Shown: piece by piece, positions 26,205 through 37,900 of the stretch
Layout of the letters: each line of letters opens with the position of its first letter
How positions within the stretch are numbered: the first letter of the stretch is position 1
Assembly: GCA_951804945.1 (NCBI GenBank)
Contig: OX638164.1
Location: 28,086,001-28,150,000 of the forward strand
DNA from: Podarcis cretensis
Lineage: Eukaryota
DNA length: 64,000 bases
Direction of reading: 5' to 3'
The notes under the pieces: generated by a model
Told to the model about the DNA's origin: nothing
Seen by the model: only the letters and a program-made list of their open reading frames with translations
Database searches by the model: none
Translations under genes and position numbers: made by a program

Positions 26205-26297
26205 GCACAGTTCAATCCTATGCATTTATTTGGAAGTCAGCTCTACTAAGTTCAAGGGGAGTGACTTTCACGTAAGCAGACATTAGGATTTCAGCTC
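26205..26297. repeat. ~90-bp palindromic interspersed repeat
   Basis: CAATCCTA...TAGGATT ends. Related copies at ~31217-31292 and ~46008-46092. Confidence 0.55.
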
Positions 26298-27020
26298 TAG
26301 ATCTGAATTCATAGTAAAAGATGATGGATAAAAAGTGACTGAGCCTGGGGTGAGAGGCTACAGTCTTCTGTAGCTAAAAATTTCAAAACAGGAGCATATT
26401 GATCAGAGATGGCTCTGTTAAGGTCCACGCTTTAAAACAGACACTGAAAAAAGGGCAGGCTCACGAGCAAAGAAGGAAAATACTGGAGGGGAAGGTCAAC
26501 TTAACACTGAGTGAAATCTAAGCTGTGTTCACCGTGGAAAACAAAATCAGAGGAGAGGGAAAATGTAAGGGCAAAGCCCTTCTTATTTAGTATTGGTGGG
26601 GGGAGACCTATATATTCTTGAATCTCACCCCTAGCATTTTCAAACAGATAACTTTCCTTAGCATTTTATCTGCAGTCTGACTGCGGCCAATGTTTCCTTT
26701 GGGCACTTCCAAGTTTCTGCAGCCACACAAACTTATCTGCTAGTCGAAGAGTGGAAGTGGACCAAGGGTGGGGAATCTGCAGCCCTCTGGGTGTGGCTGG
26801 ATGCCAGCTCGCATCACCACTGACCACTGGACACATGGGCTGGGGCTGATGGGAGTTGGAGAGAGTCAAACAATACCTAGAGAGCCACAGGTTCCCACCA
26901 CCCCAGGTTCCCCACCATGGTTGCTGGTGCTTTCTCGTGGCCTTGTGCTTTAGACGTGCAACGTCATACCAATGCAGGAGAACAGGACCGGGTGCTGAAC
27001 ATGCTCAAGAAAAAGACCAG

Positions 27021-27263
27021 GAGAAGAAGAAGAAGAAGAAGAGTTTGGATTTGATATCCTGCTTTATCACTTCCCGAAGGAGCCTCAAAGAGGCGAACAT
27101 TCTCCTTTCCCTTCCTCCCCCACAACAAACACTCTGTGAGGTGAGTGAGGCTGAGAGACTTCAAAGAAGTGTGACTGGCCCAAGGTCACCCAGCAGCTGC
27201 ATGTGGAGGAGCAGAGATGCGAACCCGGTTCACCAGATTACGAGTCCACCGCTCTTAACCACT
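27021..27263 (-). mobile_element. tRNA-derived SINE (Squam3/MIR-like core) with (CTT)n tail
   Basis: Minus strand: TAGTGGTTAAGAGC A box, GGTTCGCATC B box, core GCTGGGTGACCTTGGGCCAGTCAC. (GAA)n at 27022-27041. Confidence 0.8.
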
Positions 27264-27339
27264 AGGCAAGCACTCTATTCAAACAGCCCAGTAACGTGGA
27301 TGGGCACGTTCTGATGGAGTCTCAGAGTCCTCCACTTAC

Positions 27340-27439
27340 TCTGGTTTGCCCTTCACTTGGCACAGAAGGTTGAGGAGGTCTCCTTCTCTCGTTAGAGGCT
27401 GTGCAGGGGAGTTCTGCAGGACTTGCACTTCAGGCTTAT
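27340..27439 (-). CDS. CADM1: CADM1 exon 6 (100 bp, start of Ig3); not in ORF track
   Basis: (Y)KPEVQVLQNSPAQPLTREGDLLNLLCQVKGKP(E). Acceptor tgcag|AT, donor GA|gtaagt, phase 1-2. Confidence 0.95.
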
Positions 27440-28594
27440 CTGCACATCAAACACACAATACAAACATCAATTTATACGTCTGCGTACAAAGCAACATACG
27501 AATAATATCAAGCAACCGCGCATTTAAACAGATCGTGAAACAAAAACTTTGTACTGACACAGCTTCACCCTCCTGCCCCTCTCCACTGCACCCGTCTAAT
27601 CAGCAAATTATCCTGGCATTTCCCCAAATTAAGTTGACTAATAGCCTCCAAAGCCTAACGCACTGATAAGGAATCCGCACACCAAGGGCAGCAGCCCCAC
27701 TGGTTCTTGCAAAATGAAATTTTGTTAAATTGAAGTTTATCTCAGAACTCACTCGAGCTAAAGGAAACTCATTTGCCTTCATGCTGAGGTGAAACGGCAG
27801 ATTTGTGGCGCTCAGAATTGATACATTTTATCATGTATCATATTTTATGGGCTGACAATACTTTGTGCCGTGGCATATTAATACGCCGAGGCTCCGATGG
27901 GTGCATTTGTGCTAGGAAAAGCTTAAGGGAAGAAATGCCAGGCCGCTGCCTTTTGTTGGAACAAAGCGGAGACTTCTGCTCGTGCCGATGAATCTCGTAA
28001 ATCCCCAAACACAAACACACCGAGGGATTAAAGGCATTTTGCACTCAGGGAGGCAGCTCAGAAATCCTTTGGAAAGACCCTGTAGGAACAAGAGCCCAAG
28101 TCCGCAGTTACAAAGTCCATTGCCTTCAACAACGGCACATGTGGAGCAACAAAACAATCTAACCAGAACGCTATCAGCTCAAGGCAGCCAATTGAGCGCC
28201 GCTTTATCCATTTTGATTTACACACAATCCCACATCCAATTCCTGGAATTGGCAGCAAATCTGCACTAAATGAAAGAACTGAATGCAAGACTGTAATATC
28301 TGAAGGTGGTGGCAGGTAAGAGAAGTTAGTTACATCTAGCGGAGGGGAAACCCCCCCCCCCTCAAAAATGTGAAATAAAGAACAGCTTAGAATACATTTT
28401 TATATTATTTCTTAATTTATCTATTTTGGTAGTGATATTACCATTGCATCTCATCCTGGGATATAAACAAGGTTAAGAAGACGTTTGCACGAATTATGAC
28501 GTACTCAACAAGTATTATTTTATAATGTTTAGAATTATTTTACAATAAGGATTGCCTGATTATTTTATTATTAAAATGGAGGGAACAGTCTAGA

Positions 28595-28607
28595 AAATAA
28601 TAATGAT

Positions 28608-28660
<53 letters not shown>

Positions 28661-28771
28661 ACTGCCCATCTGATTGGGTTGCCCCAGCCACTCTTGGTGG
28701 CTTTCAACAAAATATAAAAACACAGTAAGACATCAAACATTTAAAACTTCCCTATACAGGGCTGCCTTCAG
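28595..28771 (-). mobile_element. L2 3' end, same family as 33128-33517, with (CAA)n expansion in its tail
   Basis: Direct similarity to 33190-33298 (gcccatctg...ccccagccactct...aaaacttccct..acagggctgccttcaga). Confidence 0.8.
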
Positions 28772-29573
28772 AAAACAAAATTCATAGAAGCTTTCAGAAA
28801 ACAAAAATTATTTGCCTTCTTAGAAAGCAGTGGGAGTTCAATAGGGCCAATCATTATGCAATCCCCACAGATAAGAAATAACAACACGACTTGTGGGCCG
28901 TTGGTTACTGACATAGACAAATGCTATCTGGATTTTCTGCCTTGGATGCCCGTGAGTCTTGGGTCAGCCACACACGTTAAGAGAAAACACAAATCCATAT
29001 CTCCAGATAGTTAACTGCACAATCTGACATGGTTTAATAAAATACCTTTATTTTCTCATATGGTCTAGAAAGAGTGACATACACAAGATTAAAGAGCAAC
29101 CAGGTTTTTTTGGGGGGTGGGTGGGTGGGAGTTAGGGTAGAGCGCACTAGGGGCTTGATGAACACTCCCTCTCTCTTTTTAGCACAAAATAAAATTGCAC
29201 ATATTTTCAGTACAGGCTAAGACTGTGCAGCACACATTTCCGGAGGCATAGAATGCCTGCTCTCTTCACATTCTTGGGAGATAACAGTCAATATCAGCCT
29301 GTGCTGGCTTGACCACATAAAACTTTTCATGTTTCATGTCAGAATATTAGATGAGGAATGTTTTTTTTCGTCCCTGTACCTCACAGCCTTATAACCCGTA
29401 TTTGAATTTCATGAGCAAATGAAAGTCAAACCCTCCCTCTTTCCCCTTCAACAGGAATGTCATGCTGGTCCTGATGCCCTTTACTCCAGCACAGTTACCA
29501 ACCACAAATAAAGGAAGAGGAGAGAAAATAATATTGATTAATTGTGAAGTGCTCAACTGGCGCGCCCAAAACA

Positions 29574-29576
29574 ACA

Positions 29577-29614
<38 letters not shown>
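29574..29614. repeat. compound (CA)n(GA)n microsatellite
   Basis: Seen directly. Confidence 0.95.
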
Positions 29615-29615
<1 letters not shown>

Positions 29616-29699
29616 GCACTAGTACTAAAAAACCGGAGCAGGCCAAATGCAAAAATAAGCGAGTCCTAAGGCATTTGCTAAAAAAAGAAGAGAATAAAT

Positions 29700-30640
29700 T
29701 AATCACATATCAGCTGGTAAAGAGTTTCGTAGATAAGGAAAAGAAGAACCAAAGCATGAATCAAAGGAAGAGATGTGATGTAAGAAGCAACAAAGACCCC
29801 AAAAGAGACTACAGAGAAATCAGAAATGAAAGGCGCTAAAGGGAAGTAACATAATCTTAAATTGAATGTGAAAAGGGAAAAAAGGCAACATCATAAGCAG
29901 AGATGCATGATCGTATTTGCATGTCGAAAAAAATAAATAAGATGGGGCAGTGGAAGAAAAAAATCAAATTAAGAAACAAGAAGCTTAAAATGGGAAAGAC
30001 TACCTAAGGAGTCTTACAATCACCCAATCTGGGCAAAATGAGAACACAGGATGGAACAATGGGCAGAAATAACGGGGGGGGGGGGAAGGATCTTATCAAT
30101 ATTAGACAACTGAAAAAGGCTTGAAAAGGCTTGGCTAAAGATGGAATCGCAGAAGGGAAAAAAAGAGGAGCAATATCTTTGATTTGAAAGGAAAGAAAAA
30201 TAGTTGCATCATTGACAAAACAGATGGGAAGGGAAAAGTCCAGAGGAAAAACAAAATAAGAAATTTTGTCCTTGAAAGATTTAGCTTTAAAGAACAAGCA
30301 GACAGCTGTGAAGAAATAGCAAGACAAGATCAAAGATTTAAACAAGACGACAGATCAGAGATAGTAAAGAATAACTGAATATCATCAGCATAGACATGGC
30401 AACATACCAAAGGAGTGAATAAGAGACCATAAAGGAATGGGAATGAGAAGCAAAGGGTCCAACGCTGAAACTCGTGGAACCCCAATTGGGGAAAGAAGGG
30501 AGGAAAAAGAACCATTAACCAATACAAGGTAACTACAGTTCAAAAAATAAGAGGGAAACCAAGGAAGAACAGTACTAAGAAATCCAAGACCACTCGGGGA
30601 AGGCAAGGGAAAAGAGTGATAAATGGAATCGAAAGCAGAA
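29700..30640 (-). mobile_element. Old degenerate L2-type LINE ORF2 (reverse transcriptase) remnant
   Basis: Frameshifted RT motifs on minus strand: SAFDSI, LPWFPSY, GVPRVSALDPLL (GVPQGS-like), YADDIQL, LILPRLGDC. Purine-rich plus strand. Boundaries approximate. Confidence 0.8.
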
Positions 30641-30645
30641 ACACC

Positions 30646-31140
30646 ATAGCTCAGGGGTACAGCACCTGTAAAAGGTCCCAGATTCAGTGCCCAGCATCTC
30701 TAGGTAGGGTTATGAGAGATCCTGTCTAAAGCAGAGGACAGTGGCTGCCAGTCAGTGCAGGCAATACTGATTATTTATAAGATCTCTTACCTTTCAACAT
30801 AAGGTCCTAGAGTGGATTGCAACAAATATATTCATGCAATTAAAACCAAGGCAAACAATTCCAAACAAAAGCAGCGCAGTGCAGGTCAACCAGAACAGAA
30901 GAGATTGGTCCCATAAAAATACGATAAATGTCCAATGCCAGGGTAAAAAGGATCATCTTCAGCATACAATGGAAGCTGAATAATGAAAGTGATAGACAGC
31001 TGAGTCTAGCTAGACACAGCTCTATGGGGAGGGCATTCAACAATTACGGGAGGCCACAGAGAAAATCCTCTCCCAGACCCCCATTACTGGACTAAGTGAA
31101 CCAACGGCCTGACTCAATAGAAGGGAACTTCTGATGTTTT
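30646..31140 (+). mobile_element. tRNA-derived SINE (Squam2-like) split by a minus-strand L2 3' fragment (~30771-31084)
   Basis: SINE head TAGCTCAG...GGTCCCAGATTCAGT, body to ...GCAATACTG, resumes at TACTGGACT...GGCCTGACTCAATAGAAGG. Insert carries the L2-type GGGAGGGCATTC motif. Confidence 0.65.
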
Positions 31141-31393
31141 CCCTATGAGGATACATCAGGAAAACTGAATATCGCTACTGCTTTTTAGGCAGAGAAAATT
31201 GGTTTTAGTGAATTATAACACAATCCTACCAAGAAGCAAGTCGTTTGAATTAATGGGGCTTATTCCCAGGTAAGGCGAGTTCGAATTGCACCTTAAAGTT
31301 TCTTTACAGAAAGGTAAAGATTTCCTGGCTTTAGTCCTTGCCCCATGGGGGGCAGCTGAATGTATTGCTGTGGGTTAAGCTGCAGAAACACGT

Positions 31394-32152
31394 TGTCAGA
31401 GCTGCCTCCAGGTCCCAGCTCACAGAGGACCAACGCTAGGCTGTGGTTATGTACAAAAGTCTTTATTGAGGTTCAGTTTCCATTTTAAAGCCACAGCGCG
31501 CAGCTCTACGTCTCGACCTTAGACCGGCGAAGTCCCGTCTGAGTCTCCGCCCCTTCCACACCAGTTTAACACTCTCGCTTTGCTCCACCTCTTCCTAAGT
31601 TCCTTTCTCCTCTGGGCCCTCCTGCCCGCTAGGGTTTCATCCTTTCTGGACTCCTCTGACGCTGACCCTGATGATTCTTCCCCCTCCTTCCGGCGGGCTT
31701 TAGGACCTGGTTCCCTATCCGGGCTACCTTTTGTGCCGCTCGCCTGTACATTTGAACTTGGCGCACGCGCCCAGCCTGCAACTTTCCTCTTGACCGTTCC
31801 CTCGCTCTCCGATGGAGGCGTGGCCAACCCTGACTCATCTTCTCTCACTGGTGGTGCATATGTGGGCTCTGATACCTGGGACTCCTCCCCCCCACTACGC
31901 TCTGGTGGGGAAGCTGGTCCTGATTTCCAACTGCTGCTCTGGGAGTCCCCGCTGGCCCCTTGCTTCTGGGGTGTCCCCCTTGGGTCCCCCCTTGCCCTGC
32001 CCATCGGCGCCCCCTTCTGTGAATCTTCCGATTCGCTGGAGAGGCTCATGGAATCTATCGGGCTGCTGTCATCCTCTCCTACGCTGCCCTCGGATTGCTC
32101 CCCCTCGCTCTCCATCTCCTCTGCTCCCTGCGCTCCCGCTGAGTCCCTGACA
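31394..32152 (-). mobile_element. Solo LTR (759 bp) of an LTR retrotransposon/ERV, containing a 198-codon ORF
   Basis: Termini TGTCAG...CTGACA, perfect 5-bp TSD CACGT (31389-31393 / 32153-32157). Minus-strand TATA-like TTTAAAA (~31483-31489) followed by AATAAA (31462-31467). GC/CpG-rich relative to flanks. Confidence 0.85.
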
Positions 32153-32859
32153 CACGTCTTCCAATAGATGGCCAGAGGAATGCACCACAGTCCTCTAAGC
32201 CTCTATCTCCCATCACGGCTTTCTCTGTGTCTCTGTCTTGCCTCTGCCTCAGTGCAGCCTTTCTTTCAATGTCCATGCAGCTGCATAGGCCTGTACAATA
32301 CCGTAAGGAAATATGGCAGCCTATTCAATTAGCAGGCATGCGTGGGATCTGATGACGCCTGGGGAGGCGTGTCGGACAGTGGGCAGTCTTGCAGTTCTGG
32401 CTGCCCTCGGAACCCTGTTAAGGACATTTCTTTCACTGTTATGAGCAAGTTGCCTGTCTGCTTTTCTGAAACGGCACAATTTCTAATGCACTCAGCGCTG
32501 GGAAGTGGAACAACCCAGAGAAGACAGGCTCGCAAATGCCCCCCTGAAGTCAGTGGAACCTAAAGACTCAGCTGTGGATCTTGTGGATTTTTATGTAATG
32601 TTATCAGGCCAAGCATCCCATAGCAACCTATGGGATCTCAGAGTAATCCATGGGGCCCCGAGGCAGCTTGCTTGTGCCAGGATGCTATGTCCAACGCTCC
32701 ACGACACTCACAGCAAGTCACTTAGCGATGAGAGGTAACAAATTTATTTGGAAGCAAGAACTACAATGCTGCAGCTGCTCAGAAAATAGAACCATGGCTG
32801 ACCTATCATCCTATCTGGGCATCTGGATTGATTATTCTGAGGTTCAAGTGCCATGTGGT

Positions 32860-33010
32860 GCTTGCAACAGATACCTGATGGCCCAAACCAACCAGCAGCG
32901 GCTCTCCAGGATTTCAGACGGGGACAGACCCAGTCCTACTTGGGAAAGCCAGGGATTAAACTTGAGACCTTCCGCATGCAAGATGTTCTGCCCCCGAGCT
33001 ACAGTCCTTT
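32860..33010 (-). mobile_element. tRNA-derived SINE fragment (Squam2-like)
   Basis: Reverse-complement similarity to the SINE head at 30646-30770. Another decayed copy lies near 58030-58180. Confidence 0.6.
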
Positions 33011-33127
33011 TCCTGGGTTGCACCATTTCCTCGGTGGCCAAGGAAGCTGCGCCAACCTAGGATGGAACCTCCCAAGGAAGGACAGCCAGACTACACAAGC
33101 AACTCAAGTAGTCACTTGAGCCATGAG

Positions 33128-33174
<47 letters not shown>

Positions 33175-33517
33175 TTATTATTTGTACCCCGCCCATCTGG
33201 CTGGGTTTCCCCAGCCACTCTGGGCGGCTTCCAACAAGGATGAAAAATACACTAAAATGTCACATATTAAAAACTTCCCTGAACAGGGCTGCCTTCAGAT
33301 GTCTTCTGAATGTCAGGTAGTTGTTTATTGCTTTGACATCTGATGGGAGGGCATTCCACAGGGTGGGCGCCACTACCGAGAAGGCCCTCTGCCTGGTTCC
33401 CTGTAACTTGACCTCTCGCAGTGAGGGAACCGCCAGAAGGCCCTCGGAGCTGGACCTCAGTGTCCGGGCAGAACGATGGGGGAGGAGACGCTCCTTCAGG
33501 TATACTGGACCGAGGCC
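33128..33517 (-). mobile_element. 5'-truncated young L2 LINE (ORF2 C-terminus + 3'UTR + (TTA)n tail)
   Basis: Minus strand reads GLGPVYLKERLLPHRSARTLRSSSEGLLAVP...RAFSVVAPTLWNALP...FRRHLKAALFREVFNM* without interruption, a typical L2 ORF2 end. (TAA)n at 33128-33173. Confidence 0.88.
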
Positions 33518-34874
33518 TCTGTGGCTGGCCAGGGATTACTCCCTGCAACCACTTGATGCAGAGTTATGCTTTGGGCTAGTGCCACTTCCAATTCAGACCT
33601 AGAATGAACAACAGGCTGCAGCGGGTAGGTGGGTGGGTGAGAAAGGAAGTAAAAATAATCTAACTTGGCATTACTATTCAGGTATGAAACGTAAAGGCTA
33701 GGAAGTACCACATTCCTCTTACACAATTGCACCGTTTTCTTATTCTCTCGCACAGGGATACATGTTTCAAGATGAAAAAAGAGTAAACCCTGAATCGCTA
33801 TGTACAGAATGAATTTTCATGTTCTCTCCTTTTGTTTGGATGTTCTTGTTAAAACAGTCTGTTAGGAACTATAAATCTTACAGCCTTTTGCTACCAAATA
33901 TACTTTGCATTACAGTTTGGTGTAACACAGCTGAGAGAAGGGGGTGGGGGGAAACCAAGCCCAGCCAACAAAGGGAGAGGCCCAAATCATGAAAGAATCC
34001 ATTTTGGTACCGAAAAAGGATTGCACCAAAATATTAGGTTTCTTTCTTTCTTCTTTCTTTCTTTTTGTTCCAAAGCACAAAAGCTTGCCTTTTTATTCAC
34101 AGCAAAGAACAGGGGCCTCTGGGTTTAGGCCAGGGTGTAATTATTTCCCATTTTAAACCCTTTAACAGCACACTCGCTGTGACTGGGAGTTATGCTCACA
34201 GGGCCAGACTCTGCTATACTGTTCTTCATTTGCAGCAACATTCCTCAGAGAAAGCCTTATTAATGAGCTCGCAAACGAGCACCCAACTGGGAAATGTCAC
34301 AAACAAGAGTGGCTAATGCTCCAGAAAATCAAATAACTGAACACTCGGCTGATCGTAGTGCCTTTCATATTTACAATAATAGTAATAATAATATAAAACC
34401 CCTTTAAATCACATATTCTGAAAGGGTCAACACCTCGCTGAACAAAACAACTCATTTATTTATGTTCAGAAATCTCCAGATGATAAATTATATTGATGTT
34501 AATCACTTCACTGCATACTATTGCAATTAATATTTGCACTCACCAGAAGCAAACAGATTATTAAAGCACGAGGTACCCACATATGGCTAGCCTCCTTCCT
34601 CCCTCTATTTCTTTCCTTTTTTTGTTTTTTTTGTTAAACATAATTGAGCACAGGGAATTCTCTTGGTTATGAACAACAAACAGAGGTTACAGCAGCTTCC
34701 CTGGGTATATATTTTTATAAACATGCATGTAGACATTATAAATATCTGTGTTCCATTAATTATGACTTAACTCTGCATTACTTCTCCTGGGGCTTAAAAA
34801 TTCAGCTGTGCCTGTCTGCCTTCCCCTTAGTGTTACATAACAAAGGAAGGAGGAAGGTACTACAAAGGCAAGAG

Positions 34875-34915
<41 letters not shown>

Positions 34916-37900
34916 CATGCAAGACTGAGCTTTCCCCTTCTCCTGTTTGTTTAGCTCAAGCCCTTAATGATGCCTTAATGTATTTTGATGCTCCATTTCC
35001 TTTTTTAAAATTACATTTACCCACAGCTTCCTTTTCAAGCAACATAAGGAGTTGTGAGTATACACTGGATCAGCCACCATTGGGGGCAAACCATCTCTTC
35101 AATATGCTGCACCAGTCCAATCCCATGGCATAACTAACTGGCTTGTGACTGCCACCCAAGTGCAGAGGCAGCTATGGCTATGTGCCCTTCCAGCAGACAC
35201 ACATCAGTTTCAGCTTTGTTCTCCTGGTATTAAGGCGATATTCCATTTCACATTACAGGGTGCTTGGTGACACATAAGATCCTGCACATCTCGGGTGTTC
35301 TTTGGAAGCATCTTCCTCAACACACACAGAAAGCCAGATTTCTGAGGCCTTTTCCACCATAGGAAAGTACCGTCCATAACCATGGCAAGATAGTCATGTT
35401 TAGGAATGCGTGACCGAGGTCCTACCTGGGAGCATCAGAGGTCAAAACCAGGGAGACAAGGCATGCCTACTCAACTAGGAACATCTTCAGCACAAGTCCA
35501 GATGAAATGGATGGGAACCATCAGCCTGTGCAATTCTCAGACTTTGAAGGGGCTTGTTCATGGGGTATGGACAGATTGGTACTTTTTTTTTTTACAAAAA
35601 AAAGCAATGTGCATCCCACTTCTCCTTCTATGTGAAGCAACTCGTGACAAAAGAAGAGAACCACAAACATCCAGACACTTTGCTGTTGAGAAGGGCATAT
35701 TTCAACAGCTTCCAGACATGAAAGCAAGAGGAGATTGAAAATAACTGCAGGTCTATTCATTTAGCTCACAGGTTTCCTTGCATTGCATGGCTTATATATT
35801 ACAACATTTTATACCACTTGTTAAAAATCGCCCCTCTAAGGGGCATACAGAAAAGGTGTATTCAGGATTGTTTTCAAGCCAGTGTCCTGCCTCCCACATC
35901 CTAGTCATAATTAGTTAAGGCTAATAATAATAATAAGAAGAAGAATAATTCAGAGGCACCAGATGCTCCTAGGCTTCTGAATATGCAGGTGAGAGACATT
36001 TGTCTTCAGTTTCACAGGCATGCTTGCACCATGTTCCAGTAACCCACCACCCAGCCTGGAGTGGGCATGTTTAGTCAACTTTTGGTTTCCACTAGGCAGC
36101 CATTCATTGAAACAGCCAATGAAACCACTCGCTAAGTTCTCAAAGTTCTCACAGTGGCATCGATGCGAATAACAAAACAAAGCCCAAATCCATAATTTCG
36201 GTTGAGCAGCCGCACGAAAAGCTCAGCTTAAATGAAATGCTCATAAAACCTTAAGTTAAATAGGTCAGACTTGTCAGGTGGAGATCTTGCATGCTAACTT
36301 CCAACAAAGTGAAATTGTGCTGCAGGAGGCTCTGCTTCTAATGGAATTACTGACAGGTGGAGAACAATAGCTAGGCAGGTATGCGGACAAAATCTCTCCT
36401 TGCAAACACTGCGATTACCACATTCAAGGGGCTGTGGCAGACACAAAGCTCAGTCATCTAAGGAAAGGTTTACTGTACCAATTTAAAGTTCCCTTCTCCT
36501 CCCCCACTTTGCTCCCAAATGTGTGTATGAGTTAGAAACATCCTGACTGGCTTGCAAAGGCACTCCAAATTCAGCACATAACTACACTTTCCTCCCTCTT
36601 CTTATCTTGTTTTGTTTGACCATTGCCCTCACAGTAGATTTTTCTCTGATGCCTGGAATTTACCCTGCATAGAAGAGTTAATATGTGGCTTATTTGTCTC
36701 TCAACACTAAACAGGCATTCCTGAAATTATAGCAAAGTTGGAGAGGAACATGCCAAGAATCAAACCACAAGTCCCTGTTCATTGTGTGGCCCTCTATAGC
36801 TGCAGGAATCAAAGGCCACTGCTTTGAGGCCAGGTGGCAGTGCAGCGTTTTGAAGATACGACAAGGCATGTTGGAAGGCACCAGTTCTCTGTGACTCAAG
36901 GCAACGTATCCTGATGATTCGATAGCTGTTTTGAGAATGAGTAGGCATGAAACTTGGGCTGGTGTGCTCCTTCCTCCCATTTCCTTCATATACAAGGGAG
37001 AAGACTGCAAGCTTCCACTTCCAGTATGCAATTTATCCTGGTTGGAGAACCATGGTAGGGTCAGAACAAACATCTGCCATATTGTTGCAAACTCCAAATG
37101 GGAGCTTCTGATTTCCTCCCCATAATGCACTGGAAGGGGGAGCAGGGATGAGCCTAAGGCTGGCCTCTGCTCTTTCTCATTAAAAAAAGGATGCTCTGCT
37201 GTTACATCTGACTCTAGACCTTAACTTAGTACTCTCCTTACAGGTCCTGTTAAGTGTTCTTCATAGTTTCTAAGCCGGGGAGAGGAAAGAGACTCCAAAA
37301 ACGGGAGCCAAATTTGCTCTGTTGCCATAATAAAGGTCTCTTCCCGATTTAGCTTTCCCCCCTCCCCCGCCTCTCTTTTGTAGAAACGTTAGCGTGTCTG
37401 CATATTCAGGACTTTGAGCAAACAATAATTAGCTCACTGCCTTGAAATACCTCTGTAGATAATTTGAATTTTTCCTGCTAATACCTTCTCTTTTATTACA
37501 AGCCACTTCCTGCTGAAATTCCATCTCATACTAAGTACACCAAAGTGAGAAAATCGTTCGCTGTGACTGTGCATTCATTGGCGCGGCTCTCTTGATCACA
37601 GAGGCAGGTGCTGGAAAGGGAATGGCCGGGTCAGGTCACGCGTGAACTGTGAAGCGGCGGATAACGTCCCGGTTCTTTAGCGTCGTTCCCCCCTTCCTCG
37701 AGGACTGCCTCTCCTCATCCTCCCCACGGAGGCTTATTGGAGGAGATGTGGCCTCTGATACACCACTGAGATGCCAATGCTTAGGTACCCCTTGCTTGGC
37801 ACCACTTCAGGCCACTGCCTGCCTGCAACGTAACAGAATGGTCAGCTGGTGTGCTTGAGACGGTGATTGGGAGGGCTACACCTTGTTCTGATTGCGAGTC

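Noticed and set aside
28540-28740. Poly-Cys ORF (also poly-Ile at 33062-33343 and the HT/CV-repeat ORFs)
   Set aside because: Translations of (CAA)n, (TAA)n and (CA)n microsatellites.
31580-32167. 195-aa plus-strand ORF over the solo LTR
   Set aside because: Starts at TTG, is antisense to the LTR's TATA/poly(A) orientation and runs past the LTR edge. Likely a shadow of the GC-rich minus-strand ORF.
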